A stretch of 34,484 nt of DNA from Marsupella aquatica (lineage: Eukaryota; Plantae; Marchantiophyta): contig CCZZQB010000056.1 in the NCBI GenBank assembly GCA_973895155.1, positions 1-34,484 on the forward strand, written 5' to 3'. The notes beneath the pieces were generated by a model, which saw only the letters and a list, made by a program, of their open reading frames with translations, searched no databases and was not told the DNA's origin. Below are positions 1-11,670 of the stretch, piece by piece. The first letter of the stretch is position 1, and the number at the start of each line of letters is the position of its first letter. A program made the position numbers and the translations under genes.

Positions 1-702
1 CAACAAATATTGGGAGTGACAACATTACAATTCATTCGAAAACTTTTGAGTGCATTGTTTGTTGCTCATTCTCCATTTCAAAGAGGCGAGGGGAAAAAAG
101 CTTTTGACAGCTTCATGACAGGATATGGTCCTTGGAATAGCAGTTACATGGGTGGCCGTTTGACTTATTACACACACCAGAAGAAGATGAATACCATTTT
201 CGATGATTGCCTTGATGTCAAAGATTTTGAGAAGTGGATCGATAAATATTCACATATTGAACTTATGGATATTATATTGGGGCTTTATATGTGGTGGTGC
301 CCAGAGATGATAGAGTGTTTTTTGGAATACTCTCATCCGTACTTACTATCATCTGATGGTGACAAATATCATGGAAGTGAAGAGCAGATAGGGGAGAATG
401 TTAGACCTAGTACTTACCAATTATATATAAGTGAGGATTATTGTGTGCAAACACATGCTGATGATGATGCAACTGACTTCACCTTAGCGTATGCTAGTCA
501 TCCTGACCATTTCCTTTCAGCAATCGATTTTGTAATTCCAGAGTATGGAATTCGATTGCCAATTAGAGATGGAAATCTATTTGCATTTCGGAGCGATGTT
601 GTTCATGGTACAGGCTTTAGAATGAAAACATCGAATCCTGCATATGTTGGAGCTATTACCGTGAATAAAAACCTCAGCAGACTGATGCAAAAATTACATT
701 AA
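1..702 (+). CDS. TET/JBP-like Fe(II)-dependent dioxygenase, paralogue A (5' part lies outside the window)
   Basis: Frame 1 is open from base 1 (QQILGVTT...) to TAA at 700-702. HAD is at 454-462 and the distal His (VVHGT) at 604-606, in the beta-strand pattern YQLYISEDYCVQTHADDD...DFVIPEYGIRLPIRDGNLFAFRSDVVHGT. By hand count it is 44/95 identical, ungapped, to the C-terminus of 11671-13113. Confidence 0.75.
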   Translation, partial: QQILGVTTLQFIRKLLSALFVAHSPFQRGEGKKAFDSFMTGYGPWNSSYMGGRLTYYTHQKKMNTIFDDCLDVKDFEKWIDKYSHIELMDIILGLYMWWCPEMIECFLEYSHPYLLSSDGDKYHGSEEQIGENVRPSTYQLYISEDYCVQTHADDDATDFTLAYASHPDHFLSAIDFVIPEYGIRLPIRDGNLFAFRSDVVHGTGFRMKTSNPAYVGAITVNKNLSRLMQKLH

Positions 703-1359
703 AATTATTGTGTAGATGTGCTCTCCCGGGGCAAGCTGAGAGCGCTTGGAGGGGCTACTCAAAGTGGTGAGTGCTCGTAGGGTGGAGATGACACCATGGT
801 CATTTTGGATTTAGCCTGGTCATCATTATATTTGGTATTGAAATTCAGATTCTGACGTCATTTTAGCGATTCTTTCAAGAAGAGTAAGGGTTTGGCATAA
901 TCTCGTTGAAAAATGGAATGTTGTCATCATGACTTTGCAATATTGGGCATGTTGAGGTGTGAAAGGTAAGGCATGTTACTTGTTATGGGGGTGATATATT
1001 GAAATGGGGAGGTTTTGCAAGATAGAAGAACTCAAATAAATCAACTCAAAGGTGGAATTGACATGATCAGCACACGTACCCTTGAGAGTAACAAACACTT
1101 TGATGATGAGGCACCAACCACAAGTTGCAAACCCCAAAGGACAAGGGTGGGTGTGGATGTCCGGAAAATGGTCTTATTCTTGTGGGGTTAGTGGTATGCA
1201 TTCATTGTATGACTTTGTAGAAGAAACATACAGGCAACTTCACCTTGTTTAGTAAATCACCCTTATTGGGCTTGTTACTTGCTTCCCATGGGCTGAAGAT
1301 ACAACTGTAGAGATTCTATATAGGTGGGCATCCAAACTCATCAAGGGCATAGTTACACT

Positions 1360-1600
1360 TGATTTGCGTGAACACCTCCAGTCATCAAATTATTGAATGT
1401 TGTCCAAACTAATCTTCTAAGCCATTTTGGTTTGCCATGACACAACCCATGCAGACCATTGAAATAAGCACATGTGAAACTGATTTTTTTGAATACCCTG
1501 TCTGATTCTTGTAGGCCCGCTTGTAGGTCCATTACAAGGAGAGTGAATTGCAGAATTGGCCATTGTTTCTAACGGGTCTGGAAGGCTTGACAAGGTTAGT
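1360..1600 (-). mobile_element. Possible heavily decayed Ty3/gypsy integrase C-terminal fragment
   Basis: The minus strand reads L*WTYKRAYKNQTGYS, which resembles the integrase motif LWAYRTAYKxxTGxSPF. Stops and frameshifts surround it, and this single motif is the only support. Confidence 0.25.
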
Positions 1601-1607
1601 ACATCTT

Positions 1608-2260
1608 AACACTTGCATTTTATGATTGACATGAGGGCATTCCAGCACTCATGTTGCAAGGCAGGGGGCTGTTTCACCTGGATTCAATTATGATAAGAAT
1701 TACATATAAAAGTAGTTCTAAAGGAAGAATTAAATTCACATCCTTTATTGCCTCCTATTATTTTCACCTTCCCATGTACTTGTTTCGTCTTAGGGTATCA
1801 CAATATTTCTGGGGGCGGTGGTGGTTGGAAAAGGTTGGCACATTTTGACACTTGCATTTAACAATTGAGATAAGGGCATTCCGGCACTCATGTTGCAAGG
1901 CAGGGGGCTGTTTGACCCGGAGTCAATCATACAAAAATTATATATAAAAGTAGAAAAAAAAAAAACCAAATTCACATCCTACATTTCCTCCTACTGTTTT
2001 CCCTCTCCTGCTTGTTTCTATTATGGTATCATATTATTTCTAAAGAAGGAGGGGGGCAGCTCAAAAAAGTTAATATATCTTGACACTTACATTTTAATGA
2101 TTGAGATGAGGGCATTCCGGCACTCATGTTGCAAGGCAGGGGGCTGTTTGACCCGGACTCAATCATACAAGAATTACATATAAAAGTAGAAAAGAAAAAC
2201 CAAATTCACATTCTACATTTCCTCCTACTATTTTCACTTTCTTACTTGTTTCTATTATAG
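1608..2260. repeat. Tandem repeat, about 238-bp unit, about 3 copies
   Basis: ATGTTGCAAGGCAGGGGGCTGTTT recurs at 1651, 1890 and 2126 with similar flanks. The small ORFs here are repeat artefacts. Confidence 0.9.
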
Positions 2261-4891
2261 TTGTAGTTTGCCAGAGAGAACCAAAAGCACACTTTTATGT
2301 CTCTAAACTTTTATGAACCCTAAAGTTCCACTGACCATTTGTCTTATGAATCTATACAACACAGCGGTGTTATATGAATTCACATGGTCCGAGAATTCCC
2401 AAGATTACAGGGATTTATGAAAATATACATTTTGACTAGGATGACAAAGATTTAGAGTAAAGAATTCTTTATTTTCACACAAAGTGCATTTTGGAATGAC
2501 ATGGGAGTTTAAAAGTTTACATGGATATCCTCTACGAATGCATGATTCTTTCAACATCCCATCCGAGCTTATGACTCTTTTTGGTCTTTCGCCGTGGTTT
2601 AAAAAGCAAAAGCCAACGCCCGCTGAATGACTCCCTTTTTGCTAAAAGACGTTAAAACAAAAGCTCAATTTAGTCAATTGACACATTAGCTGTCCGCTAT
2701 AAAGTTGGATTGCACGACATCACGAGTGACGTGTTTACCATGTTTTGGGAGCTATTCCTTCACAGTAGCTGTAACCTTCTCCCAAGCCTGGTGGGTTGTG
2801 TTGTTGAGAGATCGCTACTACTACAGTACTCGTTCTGTTGACGGACGATCAGCTGGGCAGGAAAGCAAGGAGCGATACAAATCAGACTTTGAGATTTGTA
2901 ACTCGATTCTGACCTCTGTGTCAATTAGTAACATTTGGCAGTACTATCTGCGGGTTTCCTTCTCAAGCTATCACCAATGGAGAAATCGAGTCGTTGGTCA
3001 GTCTGTTTTACTGGACCATTGCACCTTCATTCGCCGGTGCCCCATGATCAGAAACCAGCGTCAATTGTATCAGAATTTGTGAAATCAAGATCTAAAGTGC
3101 CTTGGTCCTCTTAAAGCGACAGGTTGCCAACCAGCTTTCATAGCAGATCGGAAGGAAAAATTGAACTAAGTCTGCCTCACTGAAGGTGCATGTTTACGGA
3201 TTTTACACGTCTTGCCTCTACCACTTCTGTTGACATTTTGTCCTAGCTCAGTGACTGAGGTAGACTTGTGATGATATCCGAAACTCTATGTTAAGTGTAT
3301 GCGGAAAAGAGATAGTCCTATGAATATCTTAAGAACGTCCTTGAACTAAAGGACATGAGGGGCATTTTGACTAAAGCTTTGTACAGATCATTTAGAGTAG
3401 GTCCATATCAATAGACATAAGTTTACGGCTGGAGTTAGTAGCCATTCGGATTAATACAACACGGCACCTTAGGCATACTCCAAATCCCACCTTGTAATTT
3501 TACTGGAGACCCCAGTTTTGATCAGGTTGACGGCACTTTGTCTAGCTACTCAATTGATTCAGAGCCCTACACCAGCTTGCCAATTTGTGATGGCATAAAT
3601 GAAGGAATTTTGCGTCCTCATCGGCCGCTGCAGTCTAGCTCGTCTACCAGCAAGACAAGCGCGAACCATACTTACACCAATAGGTTCAGATCCATGATTT
3701 AGGAAAATAACCTTTTTTGGGAAGCGTTCGCGGCACCAGATGGGACCCGGCCCCATGCCTATCGATCTCATGAGTGCCTCTGTAATTATTTGCCTTGTTT
3801 TGAGCTGTCACTTACATAATCGTACTGTCTGGAGTCTCCAGACAAGAAGTTTTGTTTGATTTGCCTTGTTTTGAGCTGAGGCAAGAATCGTACCCACATC
3901 TTAATTTCAATGAAGAGCAGATTGAGACTCTGCAATAATACTGCAAGAAGTCGCCCACGTACGAAAGGTTGTTCTGAAATTGGCTAGTGACCGAGTTCCA
4001 GTAATAATGATTCAACTTAGATTACAAACGTTATAGACGAGGAGAGAAGTAGTTTTCACCGCATTCTGCAGACCACGACCGACCTAATCTGAAACGTCGA
4101 GGCTCTTATTCACAATGAGGAGTAATCCCCAAAATCAGGCAGCTTGAAATCTGAAACCTTGGATAATAAGTGGGCTGCTATGGCAGTATAGTGTTGACAA
4201 CACCTCAGAAACACAGACCTCTAAATCTTGTGGAGATGAAAGCACCGACTGATTTCTCACATGGTAAGGGACTCCATTAATCTTAATAAACGATCATGAT
4301 ATGGCCAGGAACTAAACTGTAGCAGAAGATAGTTTATTGCGTTGATCTTTATGCACCACCAAGCCAGTAGCATCTTCTAAACCAAGTCAACTGGATAGAA
4401 AGTTGGAATTAGGTCCAGAACATTATTTTGTAGCTAAACAAAAACAATTACGACACAGGAGCACATATCCACCATCATTTCTTATGTTTTCCTAAATTGC
4501 CATCTACAGAAAATATCGTAGATGTCCCTAGCCCTCATATGCAGAAGGCATTCACGAAATCACATTCCATTTCCAATGACAAGAGCACAGCTTATAGGGA
4601 AGAGTACAACTGCAGCAGCTCGAAACAACCTAGACAGACATTGAAGGAGAAGTATTTCGCCCCGTACAGAGTGCGCATTTACACATTGGAGATTCGAGAA
4701 GAATTTTGATCTCGAAATACTTCACACTATTGTGTCATGTTGGTCATGCCAATTTGCACCTTGCTGCAAATGCATGGCTGGCTGCTGGCGCGGCCAAATA
4801 GAAAGGGGGAGTGTTGGGTAGACATTAGTCGTATGCGGGTGCTCATCTTGCTCTAAGATAGAGGCGATGGGGCAAGGGTAGGCGCTGAGGT

Positions 4892-5534
4892 ATGATTAAC
4901 AAAATATCGAAGCGCCTGCCGATTTGCAACAAAGGGAGTAATGGGCCGAATGACCCCAATGAACCAGGATCTGTAGGCGCCTCAACAACTGGAGGGGTTG
5001 GACCTGCAGCTCTGGCCCCAGCCCCGGCTGCTGCATATTTAGTTAATCTGCTGCGGGAGCTAGGGCTGCTGTAGGCCCCAGTAGCAGGAATAACGCTTTG
5101 ATCAACGGCATCGGTACCCCAAGATTTGGACCAGGAAAGGAGAAGTTGTTACCAAACTTGACTCACAATGGTTGAGGTCCCTTTTTCTATCCTCTGCCTG
5201 CTTTCAAAGACCTTCCAAATTCTGACAGGCAGAACTTGTTCATTAACAGCTCCATCTTTGCTGTTACACTTTTGACTTCACTGACCCGACAAAGAATGTC
5301 AATGACAAAGAGATTAAGAAGCAAACCTTAGTGGAGCTGATGGAAGATGCGACATCGGGAACAGGGAAGTTCACGGAGGCTGTGTTCGAAGATATCACCA
5401 AAATGCATGTAACAAGCCTGTTTCGTACGCTACCCCCCTCCTCTCATGAAAATACCGGAGTTGATAACTTTGATCCCAAAGAGGAGGATCCAACCTTAGA
5501 ACCGGCATGGCCCCATCTTCAAATACTGTACGAG
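4892..5534 (+). pseudogene. Protein phosphatase 2A B' (B56) regulatory subunit pseudogene, N-terminal part only
   Basis: MINKISKRLP at the N-terminus, then YPLPAFKDLPNSDRQNLFI, then LHLCCYTFDFTDPTKNVNDKEIKKQTLVEL...LFRTLPP...EPAWPHLQILYE, which is the B56 signature. There is a frameshift near 5044, an in-frame TGA at 5173-5175 and a frameshift near 5248. Homology ends at 5534. Confidence 0.92.
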
Positions 5535-6053
5535 GTATGTATTTGAAGTCAATTTACAGGATATCAATGAAGTCAAAAGCGGGCACTTCGGGTTTCAGCC
5601 CGGATCGCTCAGCTTGAGCATAGAATGCACTCAGTTACAGCAGTCAAATCTCTGTGGCTAGACGTACTACGAGTGCTGAATCTGCACTTCAATGTAGCCG
5701 CTTCGGTGAGCGTCCGAGGTCCACACTTTGAAGCATTCAGCTCCACTGGCGCACAATAAGAGGCACGACAAATCTAATTACTTTTGAACAATCTAACTCT
5801 CTCAAAAGCGGGACTTCTAGGCAATGGATCATCAAGGTTTAATTCACTCTCCACAAGGTGCATGATCTTGCAACTTGGTCAGCACACTCTTCGGTTCAAT
5901 CCCCCCAAGACTTTGGGTCTGCTTAGCTTGGTCGGGATGCCCGATCCTACATCCTATTGTTATATGTTGTTTCTTTGGCGTCTAGGTACCGTGGTTTCCC
6001 CATATGGATTGATCTGGGCCTTTCTCCCCTGACTCTCGGCCTTTGGCACTGAA

Positions 6054-6315
6054 GCAAAAGTTTTGGCCTTTTCTTGCCTCCTCAGCTCAACCTCCCCCTC
6101 TCACCCACCCCTTCCTGAAAGGAAAAAAAATTCACACATCAGGAGAGTCCGTAAAGCAGGTCAGTTGTAAGAAAGAGAAAAAGCTTAGCAAAAGTTTTGG
6201 CCTTTGATTGCCTCTCAACCTCCCCCTGCCACCCACCCTTCCCGAACGAAAGAAAAATTCACACATCAGGAGAGTCCGTAAAGCAGGTCAGCTTGTCAGC
6301 TGTAAGAGAGAGAAA
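6054..6315. repeat. Tandem duplication, about 134-bp unit x2
   Basis: GCAAAAGTTTTGGCC...TTCACACATCAGGAGAGTCCGTAAAGCAGGTCAG begins at 6054 and again at 6188. Confidence 0.9.
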
Positions 6316-7246
6316 TATTGTTAGTATATAGGATTTATGTTGGCCCTATGAAGGTGGGTCAAAGGTGTGCATTGCGCCTAGCTAGGGTGCCTGTAAGACG
6401 CATGTGTAATGGTGGAATGCAATTCTATACATATTATTTTTGAGGCTAAGGGGGTGGGACAAGGTGGCTGCACAGAGCCTGTCATTATGTTATCAGTATG
6501 CTCATCATCTTTCCTCTCCAGCCTTCTGCTGCTATGCTTGGGAAGCCTGGGATTCCCTTTCGGGTTGTTATGTTGTTTTGGACTAAGATAATCCAATGAA
6601 GGTAAACGACAGAACAAGAAGATGATATTTCTAGGAGAAGCTCCGTGCATGCACAATGGGTTAAAGAGTGGAGATTCGGACACAGGAGGCCGGGGAGAAG
6701 GACCCTGAAAATCGGGAATCGGCAAAGGAAATGTAAACACAAGCAGCGTTGTGCTAGAGCAGCGGCCAGATTTGCTTCTTTAAATAGAAGGCAGTAGAAA
6801 GGGAAGGGGGGGATGTAATCAAATTCGCGGCAGCTTCATTCGGTGGGCCACATTGGCTGACAATTGTTTTTTGAAACCGCGGACTTGAGATTTAGTTGGC
6901 TTCAATGTGCTGGGCACTTAAGATCGACCTTGGAGCTTCAAAAGTAGAAATTGGGATGTATGAGCTGCAATTGCCAAAATGCGTATGAGCTGCAATTGCT
7001 AAACTGCGTCTTGTTGATTGATCACTCTACTATAGAGGCCGCCTTCAGTATATTGACCCCACGTCAGTACAGTGCTCGCTAAAATGATTAGAGACTACAA
7101 ACATATAAAGACAAATAATGCCACTCAATTGACGACAATCTTTATTTTTGGTTCTTTTGTTTGTACACCAACAACTGATTCATAGATCCACAATTTCATC
7201 ATTATTGTAATGCAAGGTACACGGGCCGTACCAATCCGGCAGAAGT

Positions 7247-7400
7247 ACATCTTGGTTCGTCTAAGCAACTATCCTTTCGTTCTCGGTTGACTAACCCCTA
7301 TCTGCATTTCAGCGCACTGAGACCATTCTTGGTCCGTCTAAGGAACTATCTTCTTGCTCTCGCTTGACTAGTCCTTATCAGTATGTGCATCCACTGAGAC
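7247..7400. repeat. Diverged tandem duplication, about 77-bp unit x2
   Basis: CAT(T)CTTGGT.CGTCTAAG.AACTATC...CACTGAGAC occurs twice in tandem. Confidence 0.7.
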
Positions 7401-7822
7401 ATTGCTTGTGGAGAGAGCATTTGCTTTGAACTAGATCAAACAGAGTACTAAAGCTCTATTATTGAACTTCAAGGAATTCTCGTGGTTCAAGCATCGTCAG
7501 AATGAGCTGAAAATTCAAATACAGCTCTGGAAATAAATGAGTAACAACATCAATTGACACAGCTGTGCATGTAACTCGGGCAACTGCAATGAACATTACT
7601 GAGAGCTAATAAGTCTTCTGAAGGACTAGATTTCACTTTTGTCAGCTGCGGCTAGGATGTTGTACTTCTCCGCCCGGACCGCCCGGGTCTCCGCCTCTCT
7701 TGGGTGTGTTAGATATTTCTCTTCTTGTCGGTACTTGAGTCATTTGACCACCGGCATCAATGAAGGCAGCAACTGCAGCCATCGCTGCTCCGGCTCCCAG
7801 TCCCACAGGTATTCTGCCAGCT

Positions 7823-8079
7823 CTCAAGGCCTAGAATAGAACCAGCCAAAACAAACTTGAGAGGGGACAAAAACAGCAACCCTTAATCAGCGCTAACCTC
7901 TGTTAGGGTATATGCTCAAGCCTAGAATAGAACCAGCCAAAACAAACTTGAGAGAGACAAAAACAGCAACCTCTGTTACGTATATGCTCAAGCCTAGAAT
8001 AGAACCAGCCAAAACAAACTTGAGAGGGGACAAAAACAGCAACCCTTAATCAGCGCTAGCCTTTGTTAGGTATATGCTC
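7823..8079. repeat. Tandem repeat, 92/72/92-bp units x3
   Basis: CTCAAG(G)CCTAGAATAGAACCAGCCAAAACAAACTTGAGAG starts at 7823, 7915 and 7987; the middle copy has an internal deletion. Confidence 0.92.
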
Positions 8080-8415
8080 CCAGCAGGGACATTACCTTGT
8101 TATTTTGGGGGGCGGTTTGTCTTTCTGGCTACTTTAATTAGCGGTGTTGTGCTGGGGATAACCGGGGACATAGATTGGTTAGGACAAGGCACTTGATACT
8201 CACTAGCATAATCTTAATTAAACTAACAAAACTCCACGAGGCAAGCATGACCTTCTTTCTCAGATCAGGTTTAGGTAGCACGAAGTCACTACAATTTCTG
8301 CATGTGTAGCACAAGATTAATCATATATATACTACTAGTTAGCGGGGATCAATTGTACAGGCTTCATTAGTATCTCACTTGGAATCAGACTTGGGTGGCA
8401 TAATAGCGGTACAAT

Positions 8416-8615
8416 ACTATGTGCTTCGGTAGCTTAATATGATCGATAGAGTTTGTACCATTGGCGAGAGGTGCTCGCCTACTATGTGCTTCTGTAGCTT
8501 ATGATCGATAGAGTTTGTACCATCAGCAAGAGGTGCTCGCGGAGGTGCTCGCCTACTATGTGCTTCTGTAGCCTATGATCGATAGAGTTTGTACCATCAG
8601 CAAGAGGTGCTCGTC
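8416..8615. repeat. Tandem repeat, 65-74-bp unit x3
   Basis: ACTATGTGCTTC.GTAGC...ATGATCGATAGAGTTTGTACCAT...GAGGTGCTCG starts at 8416, 8481 and 8555. Confidence 0.92.
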
Positions 8616-10114
8616 GTCGTTGTAGTATGTTGGCAGGCATATATTTCTGTTGCTCCCGACATTTGCAGAATTTTAAGATACTCGTACCAGTTGATAGTGG
8701 GAGTTGTAGACAACGTTCCTTTGGAACTCACAGGCACTTCTAGCTCGTTCATCAGCGGGCCAGCAAGCCAGCCAGCCACGCCGTCGTCAACTGAGAGAGG
8801 TAATTCAATTTCTCCGTGAACCTTGTGCATTGATAAAAATGACACTGCTATCTTCCCTCACTCTTGCTCAGCTAAAGACCGGGAAATATATAGGGGGGTC
8901 ATTTCTACCTGAAGCTTTTGAATTGATAAACGGTAATCCGTCTGTGCTCTCTCGATCCCCTGAATCTTGCTTTGACAAACAATGCTTGTTTCTCGGGGTG
9001 CAATCTTGGTTTGGTTGAAGACGAAGATGACGTTTACTTGTGGCAAGCACATCATGCATCATTTGAATTGCGGCTTCGTCTGCTGCCTTTTTGTCCCTTT
9101 TCCTTATCCTGTGGAGGATTTCCCTGTAAATGAGGACCAAGCGTGCGTTGCTGGGTTCGTTGGTGGAATAACAAAAGAGAAAGGGAGAGACACGGGACAA
9201 TTTGTAGATATCCTGTCCTTGAGTCACTCATGCCCTACGGTCGTGTTTCTGTTTCTCGATTGTGGTCTTGCTCTGTCTGACTCTTACCTGGTTGAGCTTT
9301 CTATCGAATTCCCCTACTTCCCTGGACTTTGTAATTTTATTCAACAGCAATTTATTCTCTCCAGTTGCAATAGCTGCATCCAGATCCTTTCAAAGATCGC
9401 ATACTCGTTTTGGGCTGCATTAGATTTTAGGCTTTCTTGTGCGAGTATGCCTACCAGTCGAGCTCCCAGTTCTTTGTTTGTTGGACTAAGTCCGACGCAA
9501 GTGATACTGATCTTCCCCGGCCAGTCTTTCGATTTCTTCCTTGAGGGAATTGTGTAAAACGAACAGTATTTTGCTCGCGGAATGCTGCAGCAGAATCTTT
9601 GGTGGGTATATGTCTGGTGCTGGAAATTTCATTGCCTCTAGGTCAATGTACAGGAATTGGAGTGTAATCAAACGACAAACTGAGAGGTCTGTGTGTCATC
9701 TATGTGGTCTTTGGCAGTCTGTGACGCTCTTGTCTTCCTTCTTCCGTGTCTTCGGTCTGTCTGTGGAATTGACGATGTTTAAGCCCGACATGCTGATTGA
9801 ACTGAGGTCATTTGCAATAGCAATTTCTTGATTTTCCCCTTGTAAATTGACTTGCATTGAAATCGTGGTGCTTCAATCCTAGTCTACTTCTAATCTTCTT
9901 CCGTAACAGCCTTTCTCGGGCAGCCTTTTGTAGTAGTATTCAACCAACGAGCACCTGCACGAGAAACTGAGAAAGTGCTGTGGATGAAGTACTGTAGTTG
10001 ATTAGATGCTTCTGGGAGTTTGCAATAATTGTCCAAACTTGTCCAAACCCACTTCACCACAATGAAAACAATGTAGATAAGCATGAAATCTTGGCAGCTC
10101 TCTAGACAATCTCA

Positions 10115-10438
<324 letters not shown>

Positions 10439-11291
10439 TTATAAATCAAATCTTCTCCCCACACTTCAGGGACTTTGCAATCTGTTCCAACGCAAAGGAC
10501 CCTGGTGAGCTCAGCTCAACTCAGTGGGGCCGCAGCATAAGTAGAAGGTCCTTCATTGATCTTCTAGCTCCCAACACTTCAGGCACTTTGCATGAGTCTC
10601 GTCGTAGTAGTACGTACCCGTAAATTGTGGCGCTTGATTCAATTGTTGAGTTATATGGCATTATGGAGCTTTACTTCTCCTTCTCAACAAGCGGGGTTGC
10701 ACACCAACTTTGCCACAACACTTGCTACCACCCATCAACAAGCTAGTTGATTTTGAGCACAACCTTTACATGGTATGCTTCTTAGTTGGTATTTTTGAAA
10801 TGTCTTTTAATTGGAAGTTCACACCCATTGATTCAGTCCTTAGATTGATTTTTGGTAGGGTGCAGCTCATATAGAATTAGTGATACAATGATTGTTTCTT
10901 TCACGTTCCTAACCTCACAGAGTTTACTTTAGTCTCTTTTGGATACCCTGTTACAATCTACAAAGTAGTTATTTGCTTTTAGGTAAACATTTGTCTTGCA
11001 TGTCATTTGTACTTTGCTAGGTTGGAAGTCTAAATGCTAACACTTTGGCAACAATAGGTTCCAGTTTCCTATGTTAAATGTGTACAGTCAGAAGGGAGCC
11101 AGAGTATATTCTTAAGGGCTTTTGTTCTTCAAGGACTTACTGCAAGCAAGTGAAACTTGTTAGTTAAGTACAAGCTCATTTTGGCATTAATTTGATGTTT
11201 GTTTGCAATCAGCTCAAGTTGCTACGTGGAGCCCCAAATACTAACCTAGAAGTTGGGAAATCATACTTGAATTTCGTTTATTTTCTCTAAG

Positions 11292-11670
11292 GTGAGTTCC
11301 TACTATCATTTATTTGTTTTAAGTATAATTCATGAAGGACATGGAAAAATAAAATAAAGCAAAGAAAATATAAGTATTTTAAAACAAATATTGACTATAT
11401 TTTTCTACTTATTATCTTATGAATTTGCCTAACATATGTATTATAAAACTAAACAATTGACTTTATTTTGAAATATATATCTGGCATGCTTTTCTGATTA
11501 TTGTTATTTAATAGTTCCAGATAGTTTGGCCGGAGATATGTATTTTGAAATATGTATCTGGCATACTTTTCTGGTTATTGTTATTTAATAGTTCCAGATA
11601 GTTTGACTGGAGATATGTATTTTGAAATAAATATCTGTATAAATTAAAGTATGTTTTTGGAATTTTTCAG
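11292..11670 (+). other. Probable 5'-UTR intron of the dioxygenase gene, containing a 77-bp tandem repeat (11464-11640)
   Basis: Donor AAG|GTGAGT at 11292, a very AT-rich interior, and acceptor TTTTTCAG|ATG directly at the start codon. TATTTTGAAA recurs at 11464, 11541 and 11618. Confidence 0.6.

Noticed and set aside
3559-4015. Possible multi-exon gene on the minus strand (two GTAAGT donor-like sites)
   Set aside because: One implied intron is only 36 nt and no recognisable protein could be assembled.
7823-8615. Short repeat arrays that superficially resemble CRISPR arrays
   Set aside because: The units are contiguous tandem copies with no unique spacers, no cas genes are present, and the context is eukaryotic.
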